From Candidatus Binatia bacterium (lineage in GTDB: Bacteria > Desulfobacterota > Binatia > UBA9968 > JAJDTQ01), in contig OY762897.2 of assembly GCA_963666515.2 (NCBI GenBank), positions 288,001-352,000 on the forward strand: a DNA stretch of 64,000 nucleotides. The letters are read 5' to 3'. The stretch's first letter is position 1, and every line of letters begins with the position of its first letter. The position numbers and the translations under genes were made by a program. Under the pieces are notes generated by a model, which searched no databases, was not told where the DNA came from, and saw only the letters and a list, made by a program, of their open reading frames with translations. This document shows, in pieces, positions 46,824 through 58,038 of this stretch.

Positions 46824-48764
46824 ATGTCTTTCCTGACGACCCTCGGCCGAGTGTACGAGGACTACGCGGAAGGCAGCCGACGGCAGTTCACCGGCGTCGC
46901 CGGCAAGCTCGTCAGCGGCTTTGCCATCCTGTACTCCCTCTACCACATCTACGTCTTCATCATCGGCGTCGGCAAGCTGAACGTGTTCCAGCACCGCTCG
47001 ACGCACCTGCTGTGGCTCCTGGCGTTTTCTTTCATCGTCTTCGGCCCGGCGGTCAGGAAGACGCGGGTGGGGCTGTGGGACTGGATCCCGGCGGTCCTGT
47101 CCATCGCCATCTGGGTCTACATGATGTTCAACCTCGAGCGCATCACCTTGTGGTTGAGCCTCATCGACGAACCGCCGCTGCTGGATCTGATCTTCGGCGG
47201 CCTGTTGATCCTGCTGGTGCTCGAGGGCGTGCGGCGCGTATCGCGAATGCCGCTCGTGATCGTCACCGTGATCTTCCTGCTCTACATGTTCTGGGGAAAT
47301 CTGCTGGGCGGGATCTGGTGGCACGCGGGCATGAACTATGACGTGGTCATCGATCATCTGTTCCTGAGCCCCCAGGGCATGTGGGGCTCGCTCATGAACA
47401 TCTCCGCCACCTACATCATCCTGTTCGTGCTCTTCGGTCAGTTGCTGCTGCACCTCGGCGGAGCCGCGTTCTTCGTGGATCTTGCCGATGCCGTGGCCGG
47501 GCGCGCCCGCGGCGGGCCTGCCAAGGTGGCGGTGGTGGGGAGCGGCCTCTTCGGGACCATCTCGGGCAGCCAGATCGCCAACGTCGCCACCAGCGGCTCC
47601 TTTACCATCCCGATGATGAAGCGTGTCGGCTTCCGGCCGGAGTTCGCCGGCGCGGTGGAGCTGTCGGCGTCCATGGGGGGGATGTTCATGCCGCCGGTGA
47701 TGGCGTCCACCGTGTTCCTGATGAGCGACATCAGCGGCATCCCGTACGTGGAGATCATCGTGGCGGCGTTCATACCCGCTTGCCTCTATTTCTACACGGT
47801 CTTCTGGCAGGTGCACATGGAGAGCGTGAAGATGGGGATCACCTCCCCAACCGAGGGCAGGCGCTCGGCGTGGGACGTGCTCAAGGAGGACGGCCACTTC
47901 ATCGTGCCCCTGGTGGTGATCGTCTGGGTGTTGCTGGAAGGTTATACCCCCATCCGGGCCGCGCTGGTGGCCATCGCGACGTTGCTGTTGGTCACGGTGG
48001 TGAGGAAGAAGGGACGCAAGGACTTCATCAGGAACGTGCTCAAGGGGCTCGAAACCGGCGCCACCACCACCATCATCGTGGGGCTTCCCATCGCCGCCGG
48101 CGCCATCATGGTCACGGCCATCTCCGCCACCGGCCTCGGCGGCAAGTTCGGCTCCATGGTCATGCTCTTCTCCGGCGGCTACCTGTTCCCCGCCCTGTTC
48201 ATCGCCATGATCGCCTCCCTGGTGCTGGGGGCGCCGCTGTCGGTGGCGGCCACCTATATTCTGACGGCGATCATGATCGTGCCCGTGACCGTGCAACTGG
48301 GCGTGCCGCCCCTGGCCGCGCACTTGTTCGCGGTGTACTTCGCGGTCATCGCGCCCATGTCTCCGCCCGCGGGCCCAGCCATGTTCCTTGCCGGAGGACT
48401 GGCCGGGGCCAACCCCATGATCGTGGGGCTTCTAGGGATGCGTATGGCGGTCGGCGCGTTCGTGCTCCCGTTCCTGTTCGTTTTCAACACCGGCCTGCTG
48501 ATGGAGGGGAGCCTCGCCGAGATCCTGTTGGCCACCGGCGTCGCCGCGCTGGCGTTGTTCGCCCTGGCCGCGGGCTTCGAGGGCTGGATCGCCGGGGCGA
48601 CCGCCGTGTGGGAGCGGGTTCTCCTGGTGGGGGGAGGTTTCATCATGATCTTCCCGGGCACCCTGACCCTCAGCCTGGGCGCCGCCGCGGTGATCCTGGC
48701 CATCGTGGCCCACATGGTCCGGGTCAGGGTGGTGAAGCCTGCGAGCGAGCCGGCGTCTCCCTGA
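46824..48764 (+). CDS. TRAP transporter fused 4TM/12TM permease
   Basis: GGPAKVAV..S..FGTISGS..ANV..SG.FTIPMMK, HLF..YFA...MSPP. Confidence 0.92.
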   Translation: MSFLTTLGRVYEDYAEGSRRQFTGVAGKLVSGFAILYSLYHIYVFIIGVGKLNVFQHRSTHLLWLLAFSFIVFGPAVRKTRVGLWDWIPAVLSIAIWVYMMFNLERITLWLSLIDEPPLLDLIFGGLLILLVLEGVRRVSRMPLVIVTVIFLLYMFWGNLLGGIWWHAGMNYDVVIDHLFLSPQGMWGSLMNISATYIILFVLFGQLLLHLGGAAFFVDLADAVAGRARGGPAKVAVVGSGLFGTISGSQIANVATSGSFTIPMMKRVGFRPEFAGAVELSASMGGMFMPPVMASTVFLMSDISGIPYVEIIVAAFIPACLYFYTVFWQVHMESVKMGITSPTEGRRSAWDVLKEDGHFIVPLVVIVWVLLEGYTPIRAALVAIATLLLVTVVRKKGRKDFIRNVLKGLETGATTTIIVGLPIAAGAIMVTAISATGLGGKFGSMVMLFSGGYLFPALFIAMIASLVLGAPLSVAATYILTAIMIVPVTVQLGVPPLAAHLFAVYFAVIAPMSPPAGPAMFLAGGLAGANPMIVGLLGMRMAVGAFVLPFLFVFNTGLLMEGSLAEILLATGVAALALFALAAGFEGWIAGATAVWERVLLVGGGFIMIFPGTLTLSLGAAAVILAIVAHMVRVRVVKPASEPASP

Positions 48765-48832
48765 CGCGCAAGTGGGGCGTGGATGCCCGACATGGACGGC
48801 AACGGCTGGGCGCCGGTGCAGTTGCCTTCAAC

Positions 48833-49480
48833 GTGACGAGTCATAGCGCGTTGGTTTTCGTTCGGACAGTGCTGCTCGTGCTCGTGCTCGCGCTCGTGTG
48901 GGTGTCGGGCTGCAGCTACTCGCCGCCGCCGCAACGCCAGCGGGACATCTGCCAAGTCTTTGCCCAGTATCCCGACTGGTACGACTACGCCCGGAAGTCC
49001 CAGCAGAAGTGGGGCACGCCGGTGAACGTCCTCATGGCCTTCGTGCACCACGAATCGAGCTACCGTAGCCACGCCAAGCCGCCTCGGCGGTGGTTCCTGT
49101 TCATACCGCTGGGGCGCCCGTCGTCGGCCAGGGGTTACGCCCAGGCCCAGAACCCGGTCTGGAGCGAATACCAGGCCGAGCGGGGCCGGCTCTTCCGTAG
49201 CCGCTCGGACATGGAGGACGCCCTCGACTTCATCGGCTGGTACAACTACAAGACCTGGCGCGAGCTCGGCATCTCCCGCGCCAACGCCGAAAGACTCTAT
49301 CTCGCCTACCACGAGGGCCGCGGCGGCTATCGCCGCGGCACCTGGAAGAAGAAGCCCTGGTTGCAGCGTGTCGCCAGACGCGTCGCCGGCACCGCCGGCC
49401 AGTATCGCTCGCAGCTTGCCCGGTGCGAGTCGCGTTTCCGTTGCGACTCGTGGTACCAGGTCTGGCCGTTGTGCCGTTGA
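48833..49480 (+). CDS. lytic-transglycosylase-like lipoprotein
   Basis: Lipobox VSGC, HHESSY (catalytic E), SSARGYAQA, YLAYHEG; start uncertain. Confidence 0.8.
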   Translation: MTSHSALVFVRTVLLVLVLALVWVSGCSYSPPPQRQRDICQVFAQYPDWYDYARKSQQKWGTPVNVLMAFVHHESSYRSHAKPPRRWFLFIPLGRPSSARGYAQAQNPVWSEYQAERGRLFRSRSDMEDALDFIGWYNYKTWRELGISRANAERLYLAYHEGRGGYRRGTWKKKPWLQRVARRVAGTAGQYRSQLARCESRFRCDSWYQVWPLCR

Positions 49481-49502
49481 CCGGCCCGCTAGCGGCGCCC
49501 CC

Positions 49503-49529
49503 GTCATTCCGGCGAAAGCCGGAATCCAG
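49503..49529 (+). repeat. single REP palindrome, identical to 36781-36807
   Basis: GTCATTCCGGCGAAAGCCGGAATCCAG. Confidence 0.9.
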
Positions 49530-49642
49530 GCGGGGCAGGGCTGGGGCCATCTCGACAACCCGCTTGCAAACCCGAACCACTCTGTCATAGAGTGCGGTCG
49601 CTCATCGGCTTGCGATGAAGAAAACAACAAGGAGTCACGAAA

Positions 49643-50668
49643 ATGAAACAATTCACGAACAAATGGACGGCTCCGGCGGCACTATTGGCCTTCGGCATCG
49701 CGACCCTCGCGGCCACGGCCGCAAGCGCCGCGGACCTCACGCCCATCAGCGTGGGCCGGACGACCTCGGCGAGCGGATTCCACATCCCCTCCTACATCGC
49801 CATGGACGCGGGCATCTTCAAGAAGTACGGGCTGGACGCCAAGTACCGCAGCATGAGCGGCAAGGCGCTGCTCAACGCCGGCATCGCCAAGCAGATCGAC
49901 TTCGTGCCGATCCCCGGCGGCGGCTCCCAGGCCGCGCTCAAGGGCGCGCCCATCACCTACCTGGTAGGCCAGTCGCTGATCTCCCAGTGGACCGTCACCG
50001 CCCACGCGAGCATCAAGACGGTGCAGGACCTCAAGGGCAAGATCATCGGCCTGGGGCGGCCCGGCAGCGCCGACTACGATGAGGCCGACATCGTGCTGTC
50101 CAAGAACTTCGGCATGGAGCCCGGACGCGACTACAAGGTCATCAGCTTCCGGGGCGAGGCCGAGCGCATCGCCGCCATGATCAACGGCGACATCCACGCC
50201 GGCCTGCTCACGTTCCCCCACGCCGCCAAGGCGAAGCTCGCCGGTTTCAAGGTCGTCCTGAAGACCGGCAAGTACCTGCCCCGCATCGGCGGCAGCTTCT
50301 GGGTCCACAACGACTACCTCAAGGCCAACCGCAAGACCGCCAAGGCCTTCATCCACGCCATGGCCGAGGCCGCCGAGTACATGGAGAACAACAAGGAAGG
50401 GTCCATCGACGTCATCCAGAAGTACTTCGCCATGAAGGACCGCAGGGAAGCCGAAGGCGTCTGGGAGGAAGTGTTCGACCAGTACGGCCCGGACATGCCC
50501 GAAGCCCTGGTCCTGAGCCTGTTCGAGTCCCGCGTCAAGCGCATGATCTCGAAGAACCTCTGGCCCAAGGACAAGCCCCTCCCCGACGTCGAGAAGTTCG
50601 TCGCCAGGGACCTGCTGAACGAGACCCTGAGAGAGCGGGGCTACTACCTGCAGGCGAAGCCGCTGTAG
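49643..50668 (+). CDS. ABC transporter substrate-binding protein, NMT1/SsuA family
   Basis: AAGGAG RBS, signal peptide, GIFKKYGLD, DLKGKIIG, ERIAAM..G. Confidence 0.87.
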   Translation: MKQFTNKWTAPAALLAFGIATLAATAASAADLTPISVGRTTSASGFHIPSYIAMDAGIFKKYGLDAKYRSMSGKALLNAGIAKQIDFVPIPGGGSQAALKGAPITYLVGQSLISQWTVTAHASIKTVQDLKGKIIGLGRPGSADYDEADIVLSKNFGMEPGRDYKVISFRGEAERIAAMINGDIHAGLLTFPHAAKAKLAGFKVVLKTGKYLPRIGGSFWVHNDYLKANRKTAKAFIHAMAEAAEYMENNKEGSIDVIQKYFAMKDRREAEGVWEEVFDQYGPDMPEALVLSLFESRVKRMISKNLWPKDKPLPDVEKFVARDLLNETLRERGYYLQAKPL

Positions 50669-50689
50669 GCCGGCCCCTTCACTCCTGCC

Positions 50690-50728
50690 GTTTCGGGGCA
50701 CGCGGCGCCGGTCCGTGTGCCCCGAAAC
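50690..50728. terminator. long hairpin at the left edge of the defence island
   Basis: GTTTCGGGGCAC...GTGCCCCGAAAC. Confidence 0.55.
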
Positions 50729-50774
50729 AAGCATACTTGTGCATCTGCAAACTTTCTTGTAGTTCTGTAGGTGC

Positions 50775-52286
<1,512 letters not shown>

Positions 52287-52301
52287 TGGCACGGTGCTTG
52301 C
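52287..52301 (+). promoter_or_regulatory. sigma54 -24/-12 promoter for hsdR
   Basis: TGGCACG-GTGC-TTGC matches TGGCACG-N4-TTGC; begins at the base after the activator stop and lies about 35 nt before the hsdR start. Confidence 0.85.
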
Positions 52302-52335
52302 CTCTAACAATGGTACTGTGGACGAGGAGGATCGG

Positions 52336-55062
52336 GTGAGCCCGCGTGAGAGCGAGGCGGATGCGCGAATCGTCATCGACGAGTTGCTGAGGCAGGCAGG
52401 CTGGGACCCCGCGGACAAGTCGATGGTGGGCACCGAGGTGCCGTCGTCGCAATCGTCCGAGGCCATCGAGCTTGTGGACCGCTCCCGTGCACGGCCTTTC
52501 GAGATGCATGCCCCTGTCTACAATCTCGTGGCGGCGGCCGGGGAGTTCGGCCCGGACATGACCGTGGGAACGACCGCGGAGGAAATCGGCTGGAAAACCG
52601 TCCCCAGCCACGTCCGGCTCACCCGCGACCATTTCGTGGCGCGCGTGGACGGACAGTCCATGGAGCCCACCATCCCCGACCGTTCGTACTGTCTCTTCCG
52701 CACGGACCGGGGAGGGAGCCGCGAAGGCAAGCTCGTCCTCGTCTGGCATCGCGGCTGCTCCGATCCGGGTCTCGGCGGGGAGTTCTCGGTCAAGAAGTAC
52801 ACCAGCGCCAAGGCCGTGGCGCCGGACGGCGACACCTGGAGCCACCGTGAAATCCGGCTGAAGCCGCTCAACCCCGATCCGGCCTACCGCGACCTGGTCT
52901 TCGACCCGGCCGCCGAGGGCGACCTCCGCGTCATCGGCGAGTTCGTCTGCGTCCTGGACACGGCGGAAGGCGCGGAACCCAGACGCGGAAGGGCCGACTA
53001 CGTCCTCTATGACCAGCGCGGACGCCCCTTGGCCGTCATTGAGGCCAAGAAGAACGCCATCAACCCCTACGTCGCCAAGCAACAGGCGCTGCCGTATGCC
53101 AAGGCCCTGGGCGCGCCCTTCATCTTCTTGACCAACGGCGAACTGACCTACTTTTGGGACTACCAGAACGACGACGCCCGCCCCATCGCCGGCTTCTTCT
53201 CCCGCCGCGACCTGGAGCGGATCGTGGAGATGCGGGAACAGCGCAAGCCGCTGGCCACGGTCGATATCCCGGAACACTACATCCGCCAGGGGGAGACCCG
53301 CACGGTGCGGCCGTACCAGGCCGACGCCATGCGCGCCCTCGATCATGCCTTCGAGCTGGGCAAGCGCCGCTTCCTGATCGAGCTTCCGACCGGCACCGGC
53401 AAGACCGACCTCATGTGCCTGTACCTCAAGCGGCTGCTGGACGCCGGCTGGGCCGAGCGAGTCCTCTTCCTGGTAGACCGGGAACAGCTTGCCAAGCAGG
53501 CCATCGAGGCCATCCAGGACATCCTGTCCGCACACTCCAGCTATTGGCTGCGGCCGGGCTCGGCCCGCCAGGAACAGCAGATCACCGTCGCGCTGCTCCA
53601 GACCATGATCGGGCGAGTGGACGAATACACCGCCGGCTACTTCGACGTCGTTATCGCCGACGAGTGCCATCGCTCCATCTACGGCTCCTGGCAGACGGCA
53701 TTGACCCGGTTCGACGCGCTCCACATCGGCCTCACCGCCACGCCGGCGAGCTACATCGAGCGCAACACCTACGACTTCTACCAGTGCGAGCCCGGCAAGC
53801 CCGACGTGTCCTATCCGCTGAAGGAGGCCTTCCGCGACAAGTACCTGGTGCCGTACCGGTTCGCGACGGGCATCACCGAGATCGTGGCGGAAGGGGCCGA
53901 CGTGGACGACGAACACTACGACCCCGCCGAGTTCGAGCGCCGCTGGACCAACGCGGAGACGAACCGCCTGATGATGGAGGAGTTCGATCACCTCGCGTGG
54001 GAAAACTTCAAGGAGCTAGCGCCCGGCCAGGACCCCGGACCCGGCAAGGCCATCGTCTTCGCCATCACCAAGCACCATGCCGCGCGCCTGGCCCAGTACC
54101 TGAACGAGCTTCACCCCGAACACAAGGGCCGGTACGCGGAAGTCATCACCTCCGACGTGGCCGATCCGGACGCCTTGATACGGAAGTTCAAGAGGGAGAC
54201 CTATCCCATGGTGGCGGTCAGCGTTGGCATGCTCGACACTGGCTTCGACTGCCGGGAGGTGCTGCATCTGGTCCTGTGCCGCCGCGTACGGAGCCCCATT
54301 CTCTACCAGCAGATGCGCGGCCGCGGCACCCGCACCGCGCCGCACATCGGCAAGCAGCAGTTCGTGATCTACGACTTCTTCAAGAACCACGAGTACTTCA
54401 ACGACAGCGACGGCGGCGGGGTCACCGGCACGGGAGGCGGACACGCGCCGGACGGCCCCACGACGCCGCCGGAGCCGCCTCCTGCCCTTGTCGAGCTTGG
54501 CCTCGAAGACGAATGGCTCGAAGCCGTCACCTACATCGAGGTCGGTCCCGAGGGCGAGCGCGTCGACAAGAAAGAGTACGTGACCCACTGGGTGGAGACC
54601 ATCCGCTCCCAGGCAGCGGATGATCCGCTGCTCCGCAAGGTGCGGGACGAAGAGCCGCTGGAGCCGGACGAGGAAGAGGAACTCGCGCGGCGCCTCAACC
54701 GGCCCGAGCGCTACTTCAACGAGGACAACCTCCGGCGCGCCTACCGCGACCCGGGAGGCAGCCTCGTGGACTTCATCCGCGCGGCCCTCGGGCGGCTGCA
54801 CATCAAGAGCCGAGAGGAAAAACTGGAAGAGACCTTCCGCGCGTGGCTCGTCGCGCGTTCCCTCACGCCGCAGCAGGCCGAGTACCTCTGTCTGCTGAAG
54901 AACCGCGGCATCGCCACCGGGCGGGTCAGCCTCAGCGACCTCTTCGAGCCGCCGCTGTCGATTCTCGATGCCGCCGGCAAGGGTGTAGAATTGTTCGGGG
55001 AAGAGGGTCTAAAGGAAGTGGTCGCGCGGCTCAATGAAGATGTCTTCAGGGCCGCCGGTTGA
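52336..55062 (+). CDS. hsdR: type I restriction subunit R (EcoEI/EcoAI-like) with inserted S24 peptidase domain
   Basis: EADAR..ID.LL..AGW, GRADYVL...VIEAK, LTNG, PTGTGKT, DECHRS, GLTATP, MLDTGFD, QMRGRGTR; GAGGAGG RBS before GTG 52336. Confidence 0.92.
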   Translation: MSPRESEADARIVIDELLRQAGWDPADKSMVGTEVPSSQSSEAIELVDRSRARPFEMHAPVYNLVAAAGEFGPDMTVGTTAEEIGWKTVPSHVRLTRDHFVARVDGQSMEPTIPDRSYCLFRTDRGGSREGKLVLVWHRGCSDPGLGGEFSVKKYTSAKAVAPDGDTWSHREIRLKPLNPDPAYRDLVFDPAAEGDLRVIGEFVCVLDTAEGAEPRRGRADYVLYDQRGRPLAVIEAKKNAINPYVAKQQALPYAKALGAPFIFLTNGELTYFWDYQNDDARPIAGFFSRRDLERIVEMREQRKPLATVDIPEHYIRQGETRTVRPYQADAMRALDHAFELGKRRFLIELPTGTGKTDLMCLYLKRLLDAGWAERVLFLVDREQLAKQAIEAIQDILSAHSSYWLRPGSARQEQQITVALLQTMIGRVDEYTAGYFDVVIADECHRSIYGSWQTALTRFDALHIGLTATPASYIERNTYDFYQCEPGKPDVSYPLKEAFRDKYLVPYRFATGITEIVAEGADVDDEHYDPAEFERRWTNAETNRLMMEEFDHLAWENFKELAPGQDPGPGKAIVFAITKHHAARLAQYLNELHPEHKGRYAEVITSDVADPDALIRKFKRETYPMVAVSVGMLDTGFDCREVLHLVLCRRVRSPILYQQMRGRGTRTAPHIGKQQFVIYDFFKNHEYFNDSDGGGVTGTGGGHAPDGPTTPPEPPPALVELGLEDEWLEAVTYIEVGPEGERVDKKEYVTHWVETIRSQAADDPLLRKVRDEEPLEPDEEEELARRLNRPERYFNEDNLRRAYRDPGGSLVDFIRAALGRLHIKSREEKLEETFRAWLVARSLTPQQAEYLCLLKNRGIATGRVSLSDLFEPPLSILDAAGKGVELFGEEGLKEVVARLNEDVFRAAG

Positions 55063-55072
55063 AGAGGAGTCC

Positions 55073-56722
55073 ATGGACCAGACACTGCGACGCAAGCTCG
55101 ATCACATCACCGACGTTCTGTGGGCTGGGGGTGTGACCAACCCGGTCACCTACATCGAGCAGATTTCCTACCTCATCTACCTGAAGCTCCTGGACGAGGA
55201 GGAGTCCGAGCGCGAGCTTAGAGGCCGCCTCGGAGTCGGCAACGGCGCCAGCCTCTTCCCTCGTCAAGCCGCCCGTTTCCGCTGGTCCAAGTGGCGTTTC
55301 CAGAGCGGCGAGGGGCTCCGCAACTTCGTTCGGGACGAGGTCTTCCCCTACATGGCCTCCCTGGTGAAAGACGAACCCCATGTGGCCGACTATTTCCGCG
55401 ACGCCGTACTCGAAATCGTCGATCCCAACGTGCTGAAGCAGGTCATCGACGAACTGGACTCCATCGATTTCCGCAAGCTCGGTCCCGACATCAAGGGCGA
55501 CATCTTCGAGTACCTGCTCACGCATCTCGGCCAGTCGGCACTCAACGGCCAGTTCCGGACGCCACGCCAGATCCGCGCCTTCATGGTCCAGATGGTCGAT
55601 CCGGATCTGGGCGATACAGTCTATGATCCGGCCTGCGGGACGGCCGGCTTCCTCATTGATGTGGTGGATCACATTCTCGCTCGCTACAGCGAGGAGCCCA
55701 AGGAAACCCCCATCTATGGCGAGGACTGGCTGGAGAAGCGCGAGCAGACACTGGATGAGGCGAAGAAGGAGATTCCAAACCTTCAGACTTATAGAAAGGG
55801 AGCAGGGGAGAAGATACCAGACTGGCGTCGCCTTGAGGCATCCATCTACGGCACCGACGTGTCACGCCAGATGATGCGGATCGCCTCGATGAACCTCGTG
55901 CTCCATGGCATCCGCCGCGCCAACCTCAAACGCGGCAATGTCCTTTCCGAGATGGGCGGCCTCACCGAAGACGACCTGAACCGCCGGTACTCGGTGATTC
56001 TTTCCAACCCTCCCTTCGCTGGGCAAATTCCGGCGGGATCCATTCGTCAGGACTTGCCGTCGAAGTCCAAGAAGAGCGAGCTTTTGTTCCTCGCCCTCAT
56101 GTTGCGGTCACTTGCCCCAGGCGGGCGTTGTGCCGTGGTGGTGCCCGAGGGGGCGCTCTTCGGCTCGACCAAGGCGCATAAGGAACTTCGCGGGAAGTTG
56201 CTACGAGAATATGAGGTGCAGGCAGTGGTTTCGCTGCCTTCCGGCGTGTTCAAGCCCTACGCCGGTGTCAAGACTTCTGTCCTTGTGATTCGCCGTCCTA
56301 CAATGGGGCCGGACGAGGGGCAGATCGGCACCAAACAGGTCTGGTTCTATGAGGTAGGTAACGACGGCTACGACCCGGACAAAATCCAAGGCGGCGGTCG
56401 CCCTGAGACGCCGGACAAAAACGACATCCCCGGCATGTTGGCAGCATGGGCTGACTACAAGGCGTCACGCTTCCAGGAGCCGCCGGGTGTGGAGACTGGT
56501 GTTTTTCTTGACGCCGGATGTGTGGAGCCACGCTGCTGGTGGGCGCCCTTCGAGACTATCGTGGACAGCGACTTCGATTTGGCCGCCTCTCGCTACAAGC
56601 CGCGCATCGGCCAAGAGTTTCCAGAGGAGGACCCCGTTGAATTGATCCGTGAGGTTCTCGCAATTGAGGAAGAGATTACGAGCGGGCTGGAAGCGCTGCT
56701 GAGTGAGGTTGAAGGCACGTGA
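55073..56722 (+). CDS. hsdM: type I methyltransferase subunit
   Basis: GGVTNP...IEQ, GQFRTPR, DPACGTAGFL, NPPF, VFKPYAGV. Confidence 0.95.
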   Translation: MDQTLRRKLDHITDVLWAGGVTNPVTYIEQISYLIYLKLLDEEESERELRGRLGVGNGASLFPRQAARFRWSKWRFQSGEGLRNFVRDEVFPYMASLVKDEPHVADYFRDAVLEIVDPNVLKQVIDELDSIDFRKLGPDIKGDIFEYLLTHLGQSALNGQFRTPRQIRAFMVQMVDPDLGDTVYDPACGTAGFLIDVVDHILARYSEEPKETPIYGEDWLEKREQTLDEAKKEIPNLQTYRKGAGEKIPDWRRLEASIYGTDVSRQMMRIASMNLVLHGIRRANLKRGNVLSEMGGLTEDDLNRRYSVILSNPPFAGQIPAGSIRQDLPSKSKKSELLFLALMLRSLAPGGRCAVVVPEGALFGSTKAHKELRGKLLREYEVQAVVSLPSGVFKPYAGVKTSVLVIRRPTMGPDEGQIGTKQVWFYEVGNDGYDPDKIQGGGRPETPDKNDIPGMLAAWADYKASRFQEPPGVETGVFLDAGCVEPRCWWAPFETIVDSDFDLAASRYKPRIGQEFPEEDPVELIREVLAIEEEITSGLEALLSEVEGT

Positions 56723-57954
56723 ACCCCTGGCATACCCAGCCAATCGGAGCTGTCTGTACACCGACCGAGCAGCGTGATCCTCGGGACGGTTCCGCGGGGG
56801 AGTTTCGATATGTCGACATCACCGGGATCGACCGCGTTCGCAAGAGGATCGCAGAATCCCGCACCATCCCTTGTGCAGATGCTCCGGGTCGGGCACGCAA
56901 GGTCATCCGGAAAGACGATGTACTTGTATCTACCGTTCGTCCAAACCTCAACGCGGTCGCGATGGTACCTGAGGAATTGGATGGCGAGATCGCCTCGACG
57001 GGATTCTGCGTTCTGCGTGCGAATAGAGAACTGCTTGATCCTCGATATCTGTTCTACCGCGTCATCTCTACCGATTTCGTTAAAGAGCTAACCTCGAAGG
57101 TAAGAGGCGCCAACTATCCAGCAGTATCTGATGCAGAAGTAAATAGAGTGGACATCCCGGTCCCCACCCTCTCCGAACAGCATCGCATCGTCGAGATCCT
57201 CGACCAAGCCGATCACCTCCGCCGGCTTCGCGCTGAAGTCGACGCCAAAGCCGATGGAATCCTCCCCGCAATCTTCCTCAGGATGTTCGGCGACCCTGCC
57301 ACGAACCCGATGAAGTGGCAGAAGTGTGCGCTTCATGAATTGGCGACCATTACGACTGGCAACACCCCCTCACGTAGGAGACCCGAGTACTACGGAGAGT
57401 TCATTGAATGGGTCAAGTCAGACAATCTCAATACCGCATCTCATTACGTTACTACAGCCGCAGAGGGCCTCTCGAACCTTGGGGCAAAAGTCGCCCGGAC
57501 GGTGCCTGCGGGGTCCACGCTCGTGACGTGTATCGCAGGTAGTCCAGGTGCCATTGGTAATTCGGCCTTGGCTGACCGAGAGGTTGCGTTTAATCAGCAA
57601 ATCAATGCCGCGACACCTAAGCTTGGCGTAGATAGCTGGTTTCTCTACGGGCAGTTCCTTGCCGGAAAGCGCCTTGTCCAGGATGCCTCGACAGGCGGGA
57701 TGAAGGGACTAGTATCGAAGCATCGCTTCAGCAGAATCGAGTTCATGGTGCCACCACTTGACTTGCAGAGGGACTTCGGACGGCACTGCAACCGCCTTTG
57801 CAATCAAAAGCAGGTACGCTTGAGAGAAGTTAGGCGGTTCAACAGACTGTTCGATATCCTGGTGGTTCGCGCCTTTTCAGGTAAGCTAACAGAGTCCTGG
57901 CGGGAAAGGAGTTTTTCAGGAGTTGGGGCAAAAAAAGCTAGCTCGACAAGGTGA
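56719..57954 (+). CDS. hsdS: type I specificity subunit
   Basis: Two TRDs with PTLSEQ.RIV and PPLDLQ conserved regions, MFGDPATNP; GTGA overlap with hsdM. Confidence 0.93.
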   Translation: MNPWHTQPIGAVCTPTEQRDPRDGSAGEFRYVDITGIDRVRKRIAESRTIPCADAPGRARKVIRKDDVLVSTVRPNLNAVAMVPEELDGEIASTGFCVLRANRELLDPRYLFYRVISTDFVKELTSKVRGANYPAVSDAEVNRVDIPVPTLSEQHRIVEILDQADHLRRLRAEVDAKADGILPAIFLRMFGDPATNPMKWQKCALHELATITTGNTPSRRRPEYYGEFIEWVKSDNLNTASHYVTTAAEGLSNLGAKVARTVPAGSTLVTCIAGSPGAIGNSALADREVAFNQQINAATPKLGVDSWFLYGQFLAGKRLVQDASTGGMKGLVSKHRFSRIEFMVPPLDLQRDFGRHCNRLCNQKQVRLREVRRFNRLFDILVVRAFSGKLTESWRERSFSGVGAKKASSTR

Positions 57955-58038
57955 GTTTCTCATGAGTTCGCAACTTGCGAAAACAACGCAGATTGTACGG
58001 CACGATCCGGTGAGATCCCGTCCCTCAGACTTCAAGCC

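Noticed and set aside
52441-52980. HsdR insert as an intein
   Set aside because: No N-terminal Cys/Ser block and no C-terminal His-Asn before Cys/Ser/Thr; the motifs match S24 peptidases instead.
57998-58013. Second sigma54 promoter before the STAND gene (CGGCACGATCCGGTG)
   Set aside because: It has a -24-like half but lacks the TTGC -12 element.
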